Part shown: piece after piece, positions 9,778 through 18,056 of the stretch | Layout of the letters: the number at the start of each line of letters is the position of its first letter | Position numbering within the stretch: position 1 is the stretch's first letter | Assembly (NCBI GenBank): GCA_963729605.1 | Contig: CAVSNY010000002.1 | Location: 288,001 to 352,000 of the forward strand | Direction of reading: 5' to 3' | From: an uncultured Gammaproteobacteria bacterium | Lineage (GTDB): Bacteria > Pseudomonadota > Gammaproteobacteria > DRLM01 | Length of the DNA stretch: 64,000 bases | Notes under the pieces: generated by a model | The model's input: the letters and a program-made list of their open reading frames with translations, nothing else | What the model was told of the DNA's origin: nothing | Database searches by the model: none | Translations under genes and position numbers: made by a program

Positions 9778-10794
9778 ATGAGCGACACATCCCCCTTGCT
9801 GGCGGCCCAGGAAAAATTCGCGGCGGCGGTGCCGTTACGAATCGTGGCGGCCGAGACGGTGACTCTGCCCGACGCCTTGGGCCGGACCTTATTCGCCGAC
9901 GTCACCGCGCCCACCGATCTGCCTGAGTATCATCGCGCCATCGTCGAAGGGTTCGTGGTGCATACCGACGACACCCGCGCCGCGTCGGAAACGGCGCCCG
10001 TGAGTTTTGACATCGTCGGCGCCGTGAAACCCGGCGACGCGCAGTGCCCGCCCTTCGCGCGCGGCCAGGCGGTGGAAGTGGCCACCGGCAGCGTGCTGCC
10101 CGGCGGCGCCTATTCCGTCGTGCGGATGTGGGAGGCCAAGCGCGACGGCGATCGCTTCACCATCAGCCGGCCATTCCCGCCGCGCTTTTTCATCGAAGAC
10201 CAAGGCTGTGATTTGAAACAAGGCAGCGTGGTGGCGGCGGCCGGCAAACTGCTGGAGCCGCTCGACCTCGGCAACCTGGCGGCCTTGGGCATCGCCAAGC
10301 TGAGCGTGGCGCGGGCGCCGCGGGTGACCGTGTATTCCTGCGGCGACGAGGTCATTCCTTTTGAGCAGGCCATGCGGCCGGGCCTGATCCGCGACAGCAA
10401 CTCGGTGATGCTGAGCGCGGCGGTGCGCGCGGCGGGCGGCGAGCCGCTGGCGGGCGGTATTCTGCGCGACGATTTCGACGTCTTCGTTCAGACCGCGCTG
10501 CGGGCGCTCGCCCACAGCGAGATGCTGCTGATCTCCGGCGGCACCGCCGCCGGCGGGCGGGATTTCATTTCCGATCTGGTGCGCGCCCTCGGCGACTTGC
10601 TGGTGGACGGCGTGCCGATGCGTTCCGGCCGGCCGCTGATCATGGGTGTGGCGCAAGGCAAACCCATCGTCTGCGTGGCCGGCCATCCGCCCGAGGCCTT
10701 GCGCGGCTTCAATCTGTTCGGCGTGGCGGCCTTGAATCGTTTGCTGGGCCGCAGCGCGCCGCTGCCGCTGGACGCGCCGCCTCCCGCTCAATAG
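9778..10794 (+). CDS. Divergent, short MoeA-like molybdopterin-binding protein
   Basis: ALGRTL, VATGS.LP, GDEV, IRDSNS.ML and ISGG motifs; 338 aa, apparently lacking the C-terminal domain. Confidence 0.8.
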   Translation: MSDTSPLLAAQEKFAAAVPLRIVAAETVTLPDALGRTLFADVTAPTDLPEYHRAIVEGFVVHTDDTRAASETAPVSFDIVGAVKPGDAQCPPFARGQAVEVATGSVLPGGAYSVVRMWEAKRDGDRFTISRPFPPRFFIEDQGCDLKQGSVVAAAGKLLEPLDLGNLAALGIAKLSVARAPRVTVYSCGDEVIPFEQAMRPGLIRDSNSVMLSAAVRAAGGEPLAGGILRDDFDVFVQTALRALAHSEMLLISGGTAAGGRDFISDLVRALGDLLVDGVPMRSGRPLIMGVAQGKPIVCVAGHPPEALRGFNLFGVAALNRLLGRSAPLPLDAPPPAQ

Positions 10795-10994
10795 TGGGGC
10801 GGCGGCGTTTCTTCCCAAGCCGCGGCGATGTTGGGCGCGTTGAGTTCCCGCAGGCGGCCCTTCACCGCCTCCAGTTCCTTGCGGAGCTGGGCGATGAGTT
10901 GTTGCTGTTGCGTCACCACCTCGTTGAGCGCCTGCAGGGTCGCGTCTTGATGGGTGATGCGGATCTCCAGATCGGTTAAACGTGATTCGTTCAT
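10788..10994 (-). CDS. slyX: SlyX family protein
   Basis: RLTDLEIRITHQ and C-terminal PPPHY. Confidence 0.92.
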   Translation of the reverse strand: MNESRLTDLEIRITHQDATLQALNEVVTQQQQLIAQLRKELEAVKGRLRELNAPNIAAAWEETPPPHY

Positions 10995-11126
10995 GGGTGC
11001 TGCACCAAGTTTGATTGAACGGTTGCGCCGCCGGCGGGAAAGTGAAAAACCTTGTTCATTTAAAACTCACCTCCCGCCGAGGACGAAGGAATGTCATCGC
11101 CAGCGGGTCAATGATACCGGGCGGCC

Positions 11127-11948
11127 TTAACGCGTGGGCGGCGGCGCGGACACATAAATATCGAAGCGCGTGGTGCTGCCCATCAAGGTGGAGGACGGCG
11201 GCGGACCCGCCAAGGCGGTGGCCAGGCGCGGGCGTTTGACCACCACCCGCTGCCGCGCGGCGCCGAGGGCGGCGGCCAGCAGCGCCGGCGCGTCGAGGTC
11301 GTCGCCCACCATGGCGCGCAGATAACGCATCTCTTTTTTCACCAGGGCGGTTTTTTGCCGGCCGGGATACATGGGGTCGAGGTACACCACGTCGGGGCGC
11401 GTCGCTTCGGTCAAATCGGCGAGATAGACGGCGGCGTCGCCGGATATCAAATGCAGGCGATCGACGCTGGCCGCGCTGGCCGGCACATCGCGGGCGCGTT
11501 CGATACCGTCGCGGAGCAGGGCGGCGATGATCGGCGAGCGTTCCAGCAGGGTGACGCGGCAACCGAGGCAGGCCAGCATGAAGGCGTCGCGCCCCAGCCC
11601 GGCGGTGGCGTCGATTACGCTGGGCGCGGTCAGGCGGTTTTTGATACCGACCGCGCGCGCCAGGGGTTCACGGGCGTGGCCGGCCTGGCGCTGGCGATAA
11701 CCCAGCGCGCCGCTGACGAAGTCCACGTACAGCGGGCCGGGCGCGTCGGGGCCGCGGGCCTGTAATTGCAGTATCGCGCCGTGTTCGCCGCTCACGTAAC
11801 TCAACACGTAGGGATAGGTCGGGTCGTGAGACGAGGCGGCTTCATCGCAACGCGGCAAACCCAGGCGGAGTGCCAGCCGCGCGGCGCGTTCGCCGTAGGC
11901 GGGATCGGCGGCCGCGACGGCGATCGGATGGTGGGGCGTATCGGTCAT
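11127..11948 (-). CDS. rsmJ: 16S rRNA m2G1516 methyltransferase
   Basis: DATAGLGRDAF, DVVYLDPMYP, ALVKKEM and RVVVKRP motifs. Confidence 0.92.
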   Translation of the reverse strand: MTDTPHHPIAVAAADPAYGERAARLALRLGLPRCDEAASSHDPTYPYVLSYVSGEHGAILQLQARGPDAPGPLYVDFVSGALGYRQRQAGHAREPLARAVGIKNRLTAPSVIDATAGLGRDAFMLACLGCRVTLLERSPIIAALLRDGIERARDVPASAASVDRLHLISGDAAVYLADLTEATRPDVVYLDPMYPGRQKTALVKKEMRYLRAMVGDDLDAPALLAAALGAARQRVVVKRPRLATALAGPPPSSTLMGSTTRFDIYVSAPPPTR

Positions 11949-12063
11949 AATGAGGGCGCAGCCTAACGGTGAATGCGGCGCGCCGCAAGGCCGGGGTTTA
12001 GACGTGAAAAGTGGCGGAAGGAGAGGGTGCGGATAAACCTACATCACGAATGCACAGAGGCGC

Positions 12064-12173
12064 GGAGAACGCGGAGCATGAGGTTGTGGCGGCATAAGAC
12101 GAGCTCACCTGTCGGAGTGACTTCGACAAGGGCGCGTCGCCGTCGATTTTCCTCTATGAACTCCGCGTTCTCC
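12064..12173. repeat. Intergenic inverted repeat
   Basis: ggagaacgcggag (12064-12076) and ctccgcgttctcc (12161-12173) are a perfect 13-bp inverted pair. Confidence 0.6.
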
Positions 12174-12223
12174 GGGGCCAATGGTTTTTTCAGATGAATA
12201 CTGGCGACTAAACGGGGTAAATC

Positions 12224-13015
12224 ATGGTGGATGTACGAGAGGTATGCGCGATCGTGATTGAGGCGGCGGAGCGGGAGCTCCTGCCGCGCTTTCTGGTATC
12301 GGCACGCCGGGAAAAACAGGACGGCAGCGTGGTGACCGAGGCCGATATCGCGATGCAGTCCCGGCTCAAACAGGAGTTGGCGGCGCGCTGGCCGCAGTAC
12401 AGTTTTCTCGGCGAGGAGATGGGCGAAGACGAACAAAACGCCTTGTTGCGCGGCGACGCGGCGGGCGTGTGGTGCGTGGACCCGCTGGACGGCACCAGCA
12501 ATTTCGCGGCGGGTATTCCCTTCTTCGCGGTGTCGCTGGCCCTGCTGGTGGGCGGCGAGCCGGTGCTGGGGGTGGTCTACGATCCGGTGCGGCGCGAGTG
12601 CTTCTCCGCTCAACGCGGCGGCGGCGCGTATTTGAATGAACAGCGCTTGGCTGTCGCGCGGCCACCTCTCGCCCTCAAGCAAGCGGTGGCGATCGTCGAT
12701 TTCAAGCGGCTGGCGCCGGCCTTGGCGCAACGTCTGGTGACGCAGGCGCCTTATGCGTCGCAGCGCAGTTTCGGTTCGGTGGTGCTGGATTGGTGCTGGA
12801 TCGCCGCCGGGCGCGGCGATGTATATCTGCACGGCAAACAAAGCATCTGGGATTTGGCGGCAGGCGGTTTGATATTAAGCGAGGCCGGCGGCCATGCGCT
12901 GACCCTCGCCGGCGAACCGGTATACCGCGCCGAGATCGCGCCCCGTTCCGCGGTGGCGGCCTTGGACGGAAGGTTGTTTGAGGAATGGCTGGCGTGGCTG
13001 GCGGTGCCGCGCTGA
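12224..13015 (+). CDS. Inositol monophosphatase family protein
   Basis: VTEAD, LGEE, WCVDPLDGTSNF and WDLAAG motifs. Confidence 0.92.
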   Translation: MVDVREVCAIVIEAAERELLPRFLVSARREKQDGSVVTEADIAMQSRLKQELAARWPQYSFLGEEMGEDEQNALLRGDAAGVWCVDPLDGTSNFAAGIPFFAVSLALLVGGEPVLGVVYDPVRRECFSAQRGGGAYLNEQRLAVARPPLALKQAVAIVDFKRLAPALAQRLVTQAPYASQRSFGSVVLDWCWIAAGRGDVYLHGKQSIWDLAAGGLILSEAGGHALTLAGEPVYRAEIAPRSAVAALDGRLFEEWLAWLAVPR

Positions 13016-13207
13016 AGGCGGGCGCCGCTCGATTCGGCACGGAATATTTTCACTGCTCTCTTCGACGGACGGATGAATCGGCGAGCTTATTTTATTCGAA
13101 ATACCCCGCGGCTTGCGGCGGGGATTTTGGCAATGGGCTTCCAAAGAGGAGCGGTGCGGTGTTTCCTCTGATCGCCCGCGGAGAACCATGCCTCGCGGGC
13201 GATCTAA

Positions 13208-13356
13208 GTAACCTCTGATTTATTCAGAGGTTCCCGCGGCACATGGATGCGCCGCCATTTTCAATGGTGTTGACCGTTGAAAATGCAGGGCAGCGAAAAT
13301 GTGATTTTCGCTGCCCGTGCCCTGAAAATTCCAGGATGGGATTATTCAGAGCTTCC
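13208..13356 (+). mobile_element. MITE copy 1 (IS5-like ends)
   Basis: GTAACCTCTGATTTATTC...ATTATTCAGAGCTTCC, flanks CTAA/CTGA; homologous to six other copies. Confidence 0.85.
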
Positions 13357-13375
13357 CTGATTTGATTCGCGGCGT

Positions 13376-14203
13376 TCAAGGCGCGCCGGCCGGCGCCTCG
13401 CGTTGCATCTCTTCCAGATGGCGCTGCATCTGTTCGCGCATCTTTTGCCGGGTCTCTTCGTCCATGGGCATGGAGGAATGGGCCCCCGGGCTCGGCATGT
13501 CGCTCATCATCTGTTCCATGATCTTGCGCGGATTGGTGACGGTGTAGTCGGCGGGGAGGGCGAAGCTGCCGGCGGGAAAACCGTCCACCGTGCGGACGGC
13601 GGTGATCTCGTGCACCACCCGGCCCTCGTTGTCGGTGACCCGCATCGGCAGGCCGAGCCGGGGGTATTCGGTGTCGGCCACGTCTTCCGCCGCGGCGCAG
13701 GGATCGCGCGCCGGGTCTTCCTCTCCGGCCGCCTGGCCTTGCGAGAACAGCAACATGGCCTGGATGAAACGCTGCACGTCGTCGGACGCCAGGGTGCGCG
13801 GCGCCACGAAGCGTTCACCGCAGGCCTCGCCCGCCGCGGTCAAGACATAATGTTCGGTGGGATAACCGGCGATCTCGGGACCCGCGCCTTGCTTTTTGAA
13901 GGTGACCGCCGGTTTGGCGGGGTGGTGCGGCGTTTCCGCCGGTGCGGGATGATCGGGGGAATCGCTCAAGTCCACTATTTGTTTTTGTTCGCGATCGATG
14001 GCGTAGGCCTGGTTGTTGTTCAGATTGAGCAGGAGATATTCGGCGGGTTCGCCGTCGCCGTATTCCATGCGCGCCCAGTCGCCGTCGATCATGATGCGAT
14101 GGTTTCCACCTTCTTCGTCCTTGCCTTCAATCAAGGTGGCGGCAAGGCCGGGGCCGGCGGCGGCGGTCAGCAGCAGGGCGAGAACAGGGTTACGGATCGG
14201 CAT
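13376..14203 (-). CDS. Exported DUF4412-like protein
   Basis: Signal peptide, G..EIAGYPTEHY and F.LPADY motifs, Met-rich tail. Confidence 0.7.
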   Translation of the reverse strand: MPIRNPVLALLLTAAAGPGLAATLIEGKDEEGGNHRIMIDGDWARMEYGDGEPAEYLLLNLNNNQAYAIDREQKQIVDLSDSPDHPAPAETPHHPAKPAVTFKKQGAGPEIAGYPTEHYVLTAAGEACGERFVAPRTLASDDVQRFIQAMLLFSQGQAAGEEDPARDPCAAAEDVADTEYPRLGLPMRVTDNEGRVVHEITAVRTVDGFPAGSFALPADYTVTNPRKIMEQMMSDMPSPGAHSSMPMDEETRQKMREQMQRHLEEMQREAPAGAP

Positions 14204-14330
14204 GACGGGTCTCCCAAAAAGTGGCGGGCTAGTCTAACACGCGGCCGCGCGCGGTACAGCGGCGGGACGCATCGAGAGTGATATGTCGCGATGACTAAAA
14301 CCTGTGCTCGGCGCTGAAAGATCCAATCAG

Positions 14331-14435
14331 GGAACCCCTGATTTATCCAGAGGTTCCCGTGGGACGCGCGGAAAGCGAACATCTTCGCTTTCCGCGCGTC
14401 CTGAAAATTTCAGGACGGAATGAGTCGGCGCTTCC
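14331..14435 (+). mobile_element. MITE copy 2 (short, 105-bp variant)
   Basis: GGAACCCCTGATTTATCCAGAGGTTCC...CCTGAAAATTTCAGGACGGAATGAGTCGGCGCTTCC; lacks two internal hairpins. Confidence 0.75.
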
Positions 14436-14585
14436 TTGTTAGTCCCTTCCTCTTCATTAAGAGAGGGGTGCCGGCGGCGGAGTGGCGGCGTGAACCCACT
14501 GCGCAGTGCGGCCTCTCAACCCACCTGCCCCGCGGGGCGTCTCCAGTAACGAGGAGGGAGATTCTGTCCTGACGTTGATGAGGTA

Positions 14586-15947
14586 TTACCCTTGCGCACC
14601 CGGCAAGGACACGCTGAGTTTCGCGCCGCCCAGCGCGCTGGTGGTGATGGTGAGGTTGCCGCCGTAGGCGCGTACGATGTCCTGCACGATGGCGAGACCG
14701 ATGCCGTGGCCGGGGTGGCTGGCGTCGTCCCTCACCCCGCGTTGCAGCACGGCGCGTGCCTTGTCCGCCGCGATGCCGGGACCGTCGTCTTCGACGCACA
14801 GATGGAGGCCCGGGTGGCTGCCGGCCTCTTCGCCGTTATTGCGCGCGGTGACATCGACCCGCTGTCTGCTCCACTTGTAGGCGTTGTCCATGAGGTTGCC
14901 CAGCAGTTCCAGCAGGTCGCCTTCATCGCCGCTGAAATGGGCGTCGTCGCCGATGTGGATCCGGCAGTCCACCTGTTTGTCGGCGTAGACCTTGCCCAGC
15001 GAGTTGGCGACCTTGCGGATCAGGATTTCCGCCGCCACCGGCGCGGCCAGCGGCAACCGGCCCGACGTGGCGGCGCGTTGCAATTGGTAATCGACGATGT
15101 CGGTCATACGCTGTACCTGCTCGTTGGCCGACGCGCTGAAGAGAGAGGTCGGCGCGTTTTCCAATTCGCCGCGCAGTACCGCCAGCGGGGTTTTCAAACT
15201 GTGCGCCAGGTCGCCCAGGGTATGCCGGTAACGCTCGAGGCGTTCGCGCTGGCTGGCGAGCAGGGCGTTGATATTGTCGGTCAGTCCGCGCATCTCGCGC
15301 GGATAACGCCCTTCGAGCTGGCGTTGCGTACCGTCTTCGATGGCGGCGAGATCTTCGGCGGCTTTGCGTAACGGCGCCAGGCTCCAGTGCAGAATGAAAC
15401 CTTGCACGGTGAGCAGGATCAATGCCACGCCGCCCAGCCAGCCCCACAAGGTTCTGCGGAAATCGGCGACTTGCAGATAATAATTAGTCATGTCCTCGGC
15501 TACCGTGAAGGTGTAACCTTCGGCCATTTTTTCGCTGAGATCGAAGGTGACGCCGATGGCGAAGGCGTAGAGTTCCTTGCTGCCGATGTGGCCGTGCCAG
15601 AACCGTCTGGTGCCCGGACGGATACCGCTGATTAATTCCGTGTCGAGGTCTTGCATGGAGGGGGAATGCCAGCCGGGCTGGCCGTTATTGCGGGTGATTT
15701 GAGCGTAGAGTCCCGAGCCGGTGTGGTTGTAGCGGGTTTCGGGCAGGGCGGCGGGCATGTGAATCGCGCCGGAGGCATCGCGTTCGACGGCGGCGATCAG
15801 TCCCAGCGTCTGGGCTTGCAGCCGTTCCTGTAAAGCCTGTTCCGATTTGTCGCGGAAGGCGTGATCGAGGGTGTAGCCGGTGATGCCGAGAAAGGCGGCG
15901 AGCACGATGCTGCCGGCGATCAATAGACGGGTGGTGAGGGAAAACAT
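14586..15947 (-). CDS. phoQ: Sensor histidine kinase, PhoQ-like
   Basis: DLAHSLKTPLAVL, ELLGNLMDNAYK, EDDGPGI and GHGIGLAIV motifs; two TM helices plus HAMP. Confidence 0.85.
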   Translation of the reverse strand: MFSLTTRLLIAGSIVLAAFLGITGYTLDHAFRDKSEQALQERLQAQTLGLIAAVERDASGAIHMPAALPETRYNHTGSGLYAQITRNNGQPGWHSPSMQDLDTELISGIRPGTRRFWHGHIGSKELYAFAIGVTFDLSEKMAEGYTFTVAEDMTNYYLQVADFRRTLWGWLGGVALILLTVQGFILHWSLAPLRKAAEDLAAIEDGTQRQLEGRYPREMRGLTDNINALLASQRERLERYRHTLGDLAHSLKTPLAVLRGELENAPTSLFSASANEQVQRMTDIVDYQLQRAATSGRLPLAAPVAAEILIRKVANSLGKVYADKQVDCRIHIGDDAHFSGDEGDLLELLGNLMDNAYKWSRQRVDVTARNNGEEAGSHPGLHLCVEDDGPGIAADKARAVLQRGVRDDASHPGHGIGLAIVQDIVRAYGGNLTITTSALGGAKLSVSLPGAQG

Positions 15948-16630
15948 CAGGACTTGCTGCGTTCGAGGGTAAGGCGATAGCCGCGGCCGCGCAGGGTTTC
16001 GATGGGGTTGATCTCATTCGCGGGATCGAGCTTGCGGCGCAGCCGGCCGACGAAGACCTCGATGACATTGCTGTCGCGGTCAAAATCTTGTTCATAAATG
16101 TGCTCGGTGAGATCGGCCTTCGATACCACCTGGCCGCTGTGCAGCATGAGGTATTCGAGCACTTTATATTCGTAGGTGGTGAGCTCTACCGCCGCGCCGC
16201 CGACGGTCACTTCATGGGTCGTGGTATTGAGGGTGACCGGGCCGCATTCCAGCACGGCTTGCGCCCAGCCCGCCGCGCGACGTACCAAGGCGCGCAAACG
16301 GGCGAGCAATTCTTCCATGTGGAACGGCTTGACCAGATAATCGTCCGCGCCCGCCTCGAGGCCTTCGACTTTTTCCTGCCAGCGGCCGCGGGCGGTGAGA
16401 ATCAAAATAGGGAAAGTTTTACCGGCGGCGCGGGTTCGGCGGATCGTTTCTATCCCTGAAAGTCGCGGCAGGCCCAGGTCGACGATGGCCGCGTCGAAGG
16501 CGTATTCCGTGGCGAGATAAAGGCCGTCTTCACCGTTGTCCGCCCCGTCGACGGCGTAGCCTTCTTGTTTCAAGCGAGTCTTGAGCTGAGTGAGCAGGCT
16601 GTCCTCGTCTTCGACGACCAATATCCGCAT
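15947..16630 (-). CDS. phoP: OmpR-family response regulator, PhoP-like
   Basis: ILTARGRWQEKVEGLEAGADDYLVKPF and DRDSNVIEVFVGRLRRKL motifs. Confidence 0.88.
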   Translation of the reverse strand: MRILVVEDEDSLLTQLKTRLKQEGYAVDGADNGEDGLYLATEYAFDAAIVDLGLPRLSGIETIRRTRAAGKTFPILILTARGRWQEKVEGLEAGADDYLVKPFHMEELLARLRALVRRAAGWAQAVLECGPVTLNTTTHEVTVGGAAVELTTYEYKVLEYLMLHSGQVVSKADLTEHIYEQDFDRDSNVIEVFVGRLRRKLDPANEINPIETLRGRGYRLTLERSKS

Positions 16631-16731
16631 CGGTAATTCCCATCATGATGGCGTGAGGCCCGGCAGGACTGACGGGCCGATTAACGATAACACAACGATT
16701 ACCGGCGCCGCCGCCCTGCCCGGGCGGGACT

Positions 16732-17259
16732 TCAATAGGCGGGTGAGACGTCGACGCGGATCCACTCGCCCGGCTGGTGGGGCATGCGGGTGGTGTATTC
16801 GCGGCCATGGTAGCGATAGGTGACGCGATAACCGATCACGCGTCTTTCTTCATAGGCGTCGTGGGTGACACGGCAGCGGCGGGTGGTGACCGGGATTTCA
16901 TCGCCGCCTCGCGTGGCCTCGTGCGCGAGCGACGCGCCGAGCAGGGCGCCGGCCACGGTCATGGCGTCCTTTCCCTTGCCCTCGCCGAACTGGTTGCCCA
17001 CCACCCCGCCGACGATACCGCCCAGTATCGTCCCGCTGGCGCCGGACGCGCGCCGCTGGTAATGCGTTTCTTCCCAGCATTCGCGGCGCGGGCTGGAGAG
17101 GGTGATATGTTCGATGATCGGCCGGCTATGCACGACGCGGGCGTAATCACCGTGCCTCTCACGTTTTTGGTAATCGCGGTCCTTGTCGCGTCCCGCGTCG
17201 GCGGTTTCGGCCAGCATGACGAAAGGCAGGGCCAGAGTGACGGTCAATCGGCGATTCAT
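16732..17259 (-). CDS. Glycine zipper 2TM (YcfJ-like) exported protein
   Basis: GTILGGIVGGVVGNQFG.G.GKDAMTVAGALLG and GYRVTYRY.G..Y.TRM motifs. Confidence 0.88.
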   Translation of the reverse strand: MNRRLTVTLALPFVMLAETADAGRDKDRDYQKRERHGDYARVVHSRPIIEHITLSSPRRECWEETHYQRRASGASGTILGGIVGGVVGNQFGEGKGKDAMTVAGALLGASLAHEATRGGDEIPVTTRRCRVTHDAYEERRVIGYRVTYRYHGREYTTRMPHQPGEWIRVDVSPAY

Positions 17260-17312
17260 GGCGGTTCTCCTGTTTGATGTTTGAGTCCCGATTTCAGAAT
17301 ATCCAATCCATT

Positions 17313-17329
17313 CTGAACGCCGTCTGAAT
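17313..17329 (-). promoter_or_regulatory. PhoP-box-like direct repeat
   Basis: Minus strand ATTCAG-N5-GTTCAG upstream of the glycine zipper-phoPQ genes. Confidence 0.65.
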
Positions 17330-17339
17330 CATTAGGCGC

Positions 17340-17366
17340 AAAAAAAAGCGCGCCGGGTGGCGCGCT
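17340..17366 (-). terminator. Rho-independent terminator of the cytochrome c gene
   Basis: agcgcgcc/ggcgcgct stem plus U8 on the minus strand. Confidence 0.85.
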
Positions 17367-17395
17367 GTAACGAGGGAGGGGAAGTGTTGTTGTGG

Positions 17396-17743
17396 TTATT
17401 TGGAGATGGACAGGACGAAGTCCACCAGTGAGGCGATGTCGGCGTCGGCGACCCGCGGCGAATAGGGGGGCATGGGCACCCCGCCGGTGACCTCGGTCCA
17501 GTTGCCTTTGCCGCCTTTCTTGATTTTGTCTATCAGCAAATCCTTCGCGCCGGCATCGCCTTTGTATTTGGCGGAGACGTCTTTCCAGGCGGGGCCGACG
17601 ACTTTTTTCTCCACCGCATGACAGGCCAAGCAGCCGCTCTTTTTGGCTAGCTCCAGGGACGCGGCTTCATCCGCGAAGGCCGTGGTGTTGACGGCGGTAC
17701 TGGCGGCGACGGCGAGGCCGATGGTCAATAGAAGTTTTTTCAT
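17396..17743 (-). CDS. Soluble class I cytochrome c (c551/c552-like)
   Basis: Signal peptide, CLACH heme motif, KVVGPAW, distal Met in PMPP. Confidence 0.93.
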   Translation of the reverse strand: MKKLLLTIGLAVAASTAVNTTAFADEAASLELAKKSGCLACHAVEKKVVGPAWKDVSAKYKGDAGAKDLLIDKIKKGGKGNWTEVTGGVPMPPYSPRVADADIASLVDFVLSISK

Positions 17744-17889
17744 TTGGTCTGCTCCTTATGAAGATAAGGCGGTCTGGGTTGTGGCCCGCGCGCCCGAACT
17801 GTGCACAATTCCCTTCCCGGAAGGAGAGGCTGGTCTGTAGGGCGTCCGCCTATCCGGGGTCGGGTGATGATCAAAATAAGTGAATGCAG

Positions 17890-17906
17890 CTGAATAAACC
17901 CTGAAT
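17890..17906 (-). promoter_or_regulatory. PhoP-box-like direct repeat
   Basis: Minus strand ATTCAG-N5-ATTCAG upstream of the cytochrome c gene. Confidence 0.55.
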
Positions 17907-17976
17907 GGCGCGGCTGGGCAATAAACCATTTTTTAAATCAGATTTTTTGTCCTTTGCTGAAGGCGAAATTTAAAGG

Positions 17977-18003
17977 TAAAGACGGGGTGGGTTGATCCGA
18001 TAC
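17977..18003 (+). promoter_or_regulatory. Sigma28 (FliA)-type promoter
   Basis: TAAA-N15-TCCGATAC upstream of the chemoreceptor gene. Confidence 0.65.
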
Positions 18004-18056
18004 AGGGGTAGGCCGCCGTTGTGGGGAGGGCGCCCCCGATTGTTTCGGAGATGGAC

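Noticed and set aside
11970-12210. 6S RNA or tRNA in the rsmJ-IMPase spacer
   Set aside because: No cloverleaf or T-loop motif, no recognisable 6S central bubble, and not the usual zapA-ygfA context
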